A DNA stretch of 64,000 nucleotides from Callorhinchus milii (Eukaryota): positions 84,012,001-84,076,000 of the forward strand of contig NW_024704743.1 in assembly GCF_018977255.1 (NCBI RefSeq), read 5' to 3'. The position numbers and the translations under genes were made by a program. Of the stretch, positions 63,653 through 64,000 are shown in pieces. Below the pieces are notes generated by a model, which saw only the letters and a program-made list of their open reading frames with translations, searched no databases and had not been told where the DNA came from. The stretch's first letter is position 1; each line of letters begins with the position of its first letter.

Positions 63653-64000
63653 TATTAAACACAAGGATAATTAGGATTATTATAATGGTGAGTTAATGAG
63701 TGAATAAGTGAGTAAGGGCATCAAGAGGTTCAGCAAAGCCAAACAGAGCTATTTCTTACTATCCTCACCTACTCAGTATTCCATTGAAACTACAGCAAAG
63801 TTGCTACTTCATGTCCCTATAGGACTTTGCTTTATCTCAGCGAGGATAACCCACTAATGCAGAAAGAGATACTATCAAAGCTTTTGACGCTGAGTGGAAA
63901 AGGAGGGTATAGAATACATAATTAGTCCTTTCAATGTGATCTATCATATGAATGGAAAATAATTATCCAGTAGTCAAACAGAATCTTATGAATATTCAAC

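Noticed and set aside
1..64000. CRISPR array, operon or other prokaryotic system
   Set aside because: No regularly spaced repeat-spacer array and no gene-dense coding; the content is vertebrate retroposon-rich DNA

Overview
Vertebrate non-coding genomic DNA, AT-rich and repeat-dense. The repeat complement points to a cartilaginous fish, plausibly a chimaera such as the elephant shark (inference). I found no supportable host protein-coding exon and no genuine RNA gene; every ORF with recognisable motifs comes from a retrotransposon. The window holds: (i) 5'-truncated L2-clade LINEs with (TTG)n tails and RT motifs; (ii) CR1-type LINE 3' ends; (iii) a young tRNA-Ala-headed SINE and an older, longer DeuSINE-like SINE, both sharing a 3' tail with the L2; (iv) LF-SINE-like relics; (v) Penelope-like element (PLE) fragments, with a GIY-YIG C-terminus and terminal repeats carrying a minimal hammerhead-ribozyme motif; (vi) several palindromic GGG-terminated MITEs; (vii) repeat-free, homeodomain-motif-rich blocks that look like conserved enhancers. 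The most notable observations are two near-perfect ~110-bp local inverted duplications, a recurring pattern of locally templated DNA at retroposon 5' junctions, and the PLE hammerhead motifs. Boundaries of old repeats are approximate, and family names come from recalled motifs, not a database search.
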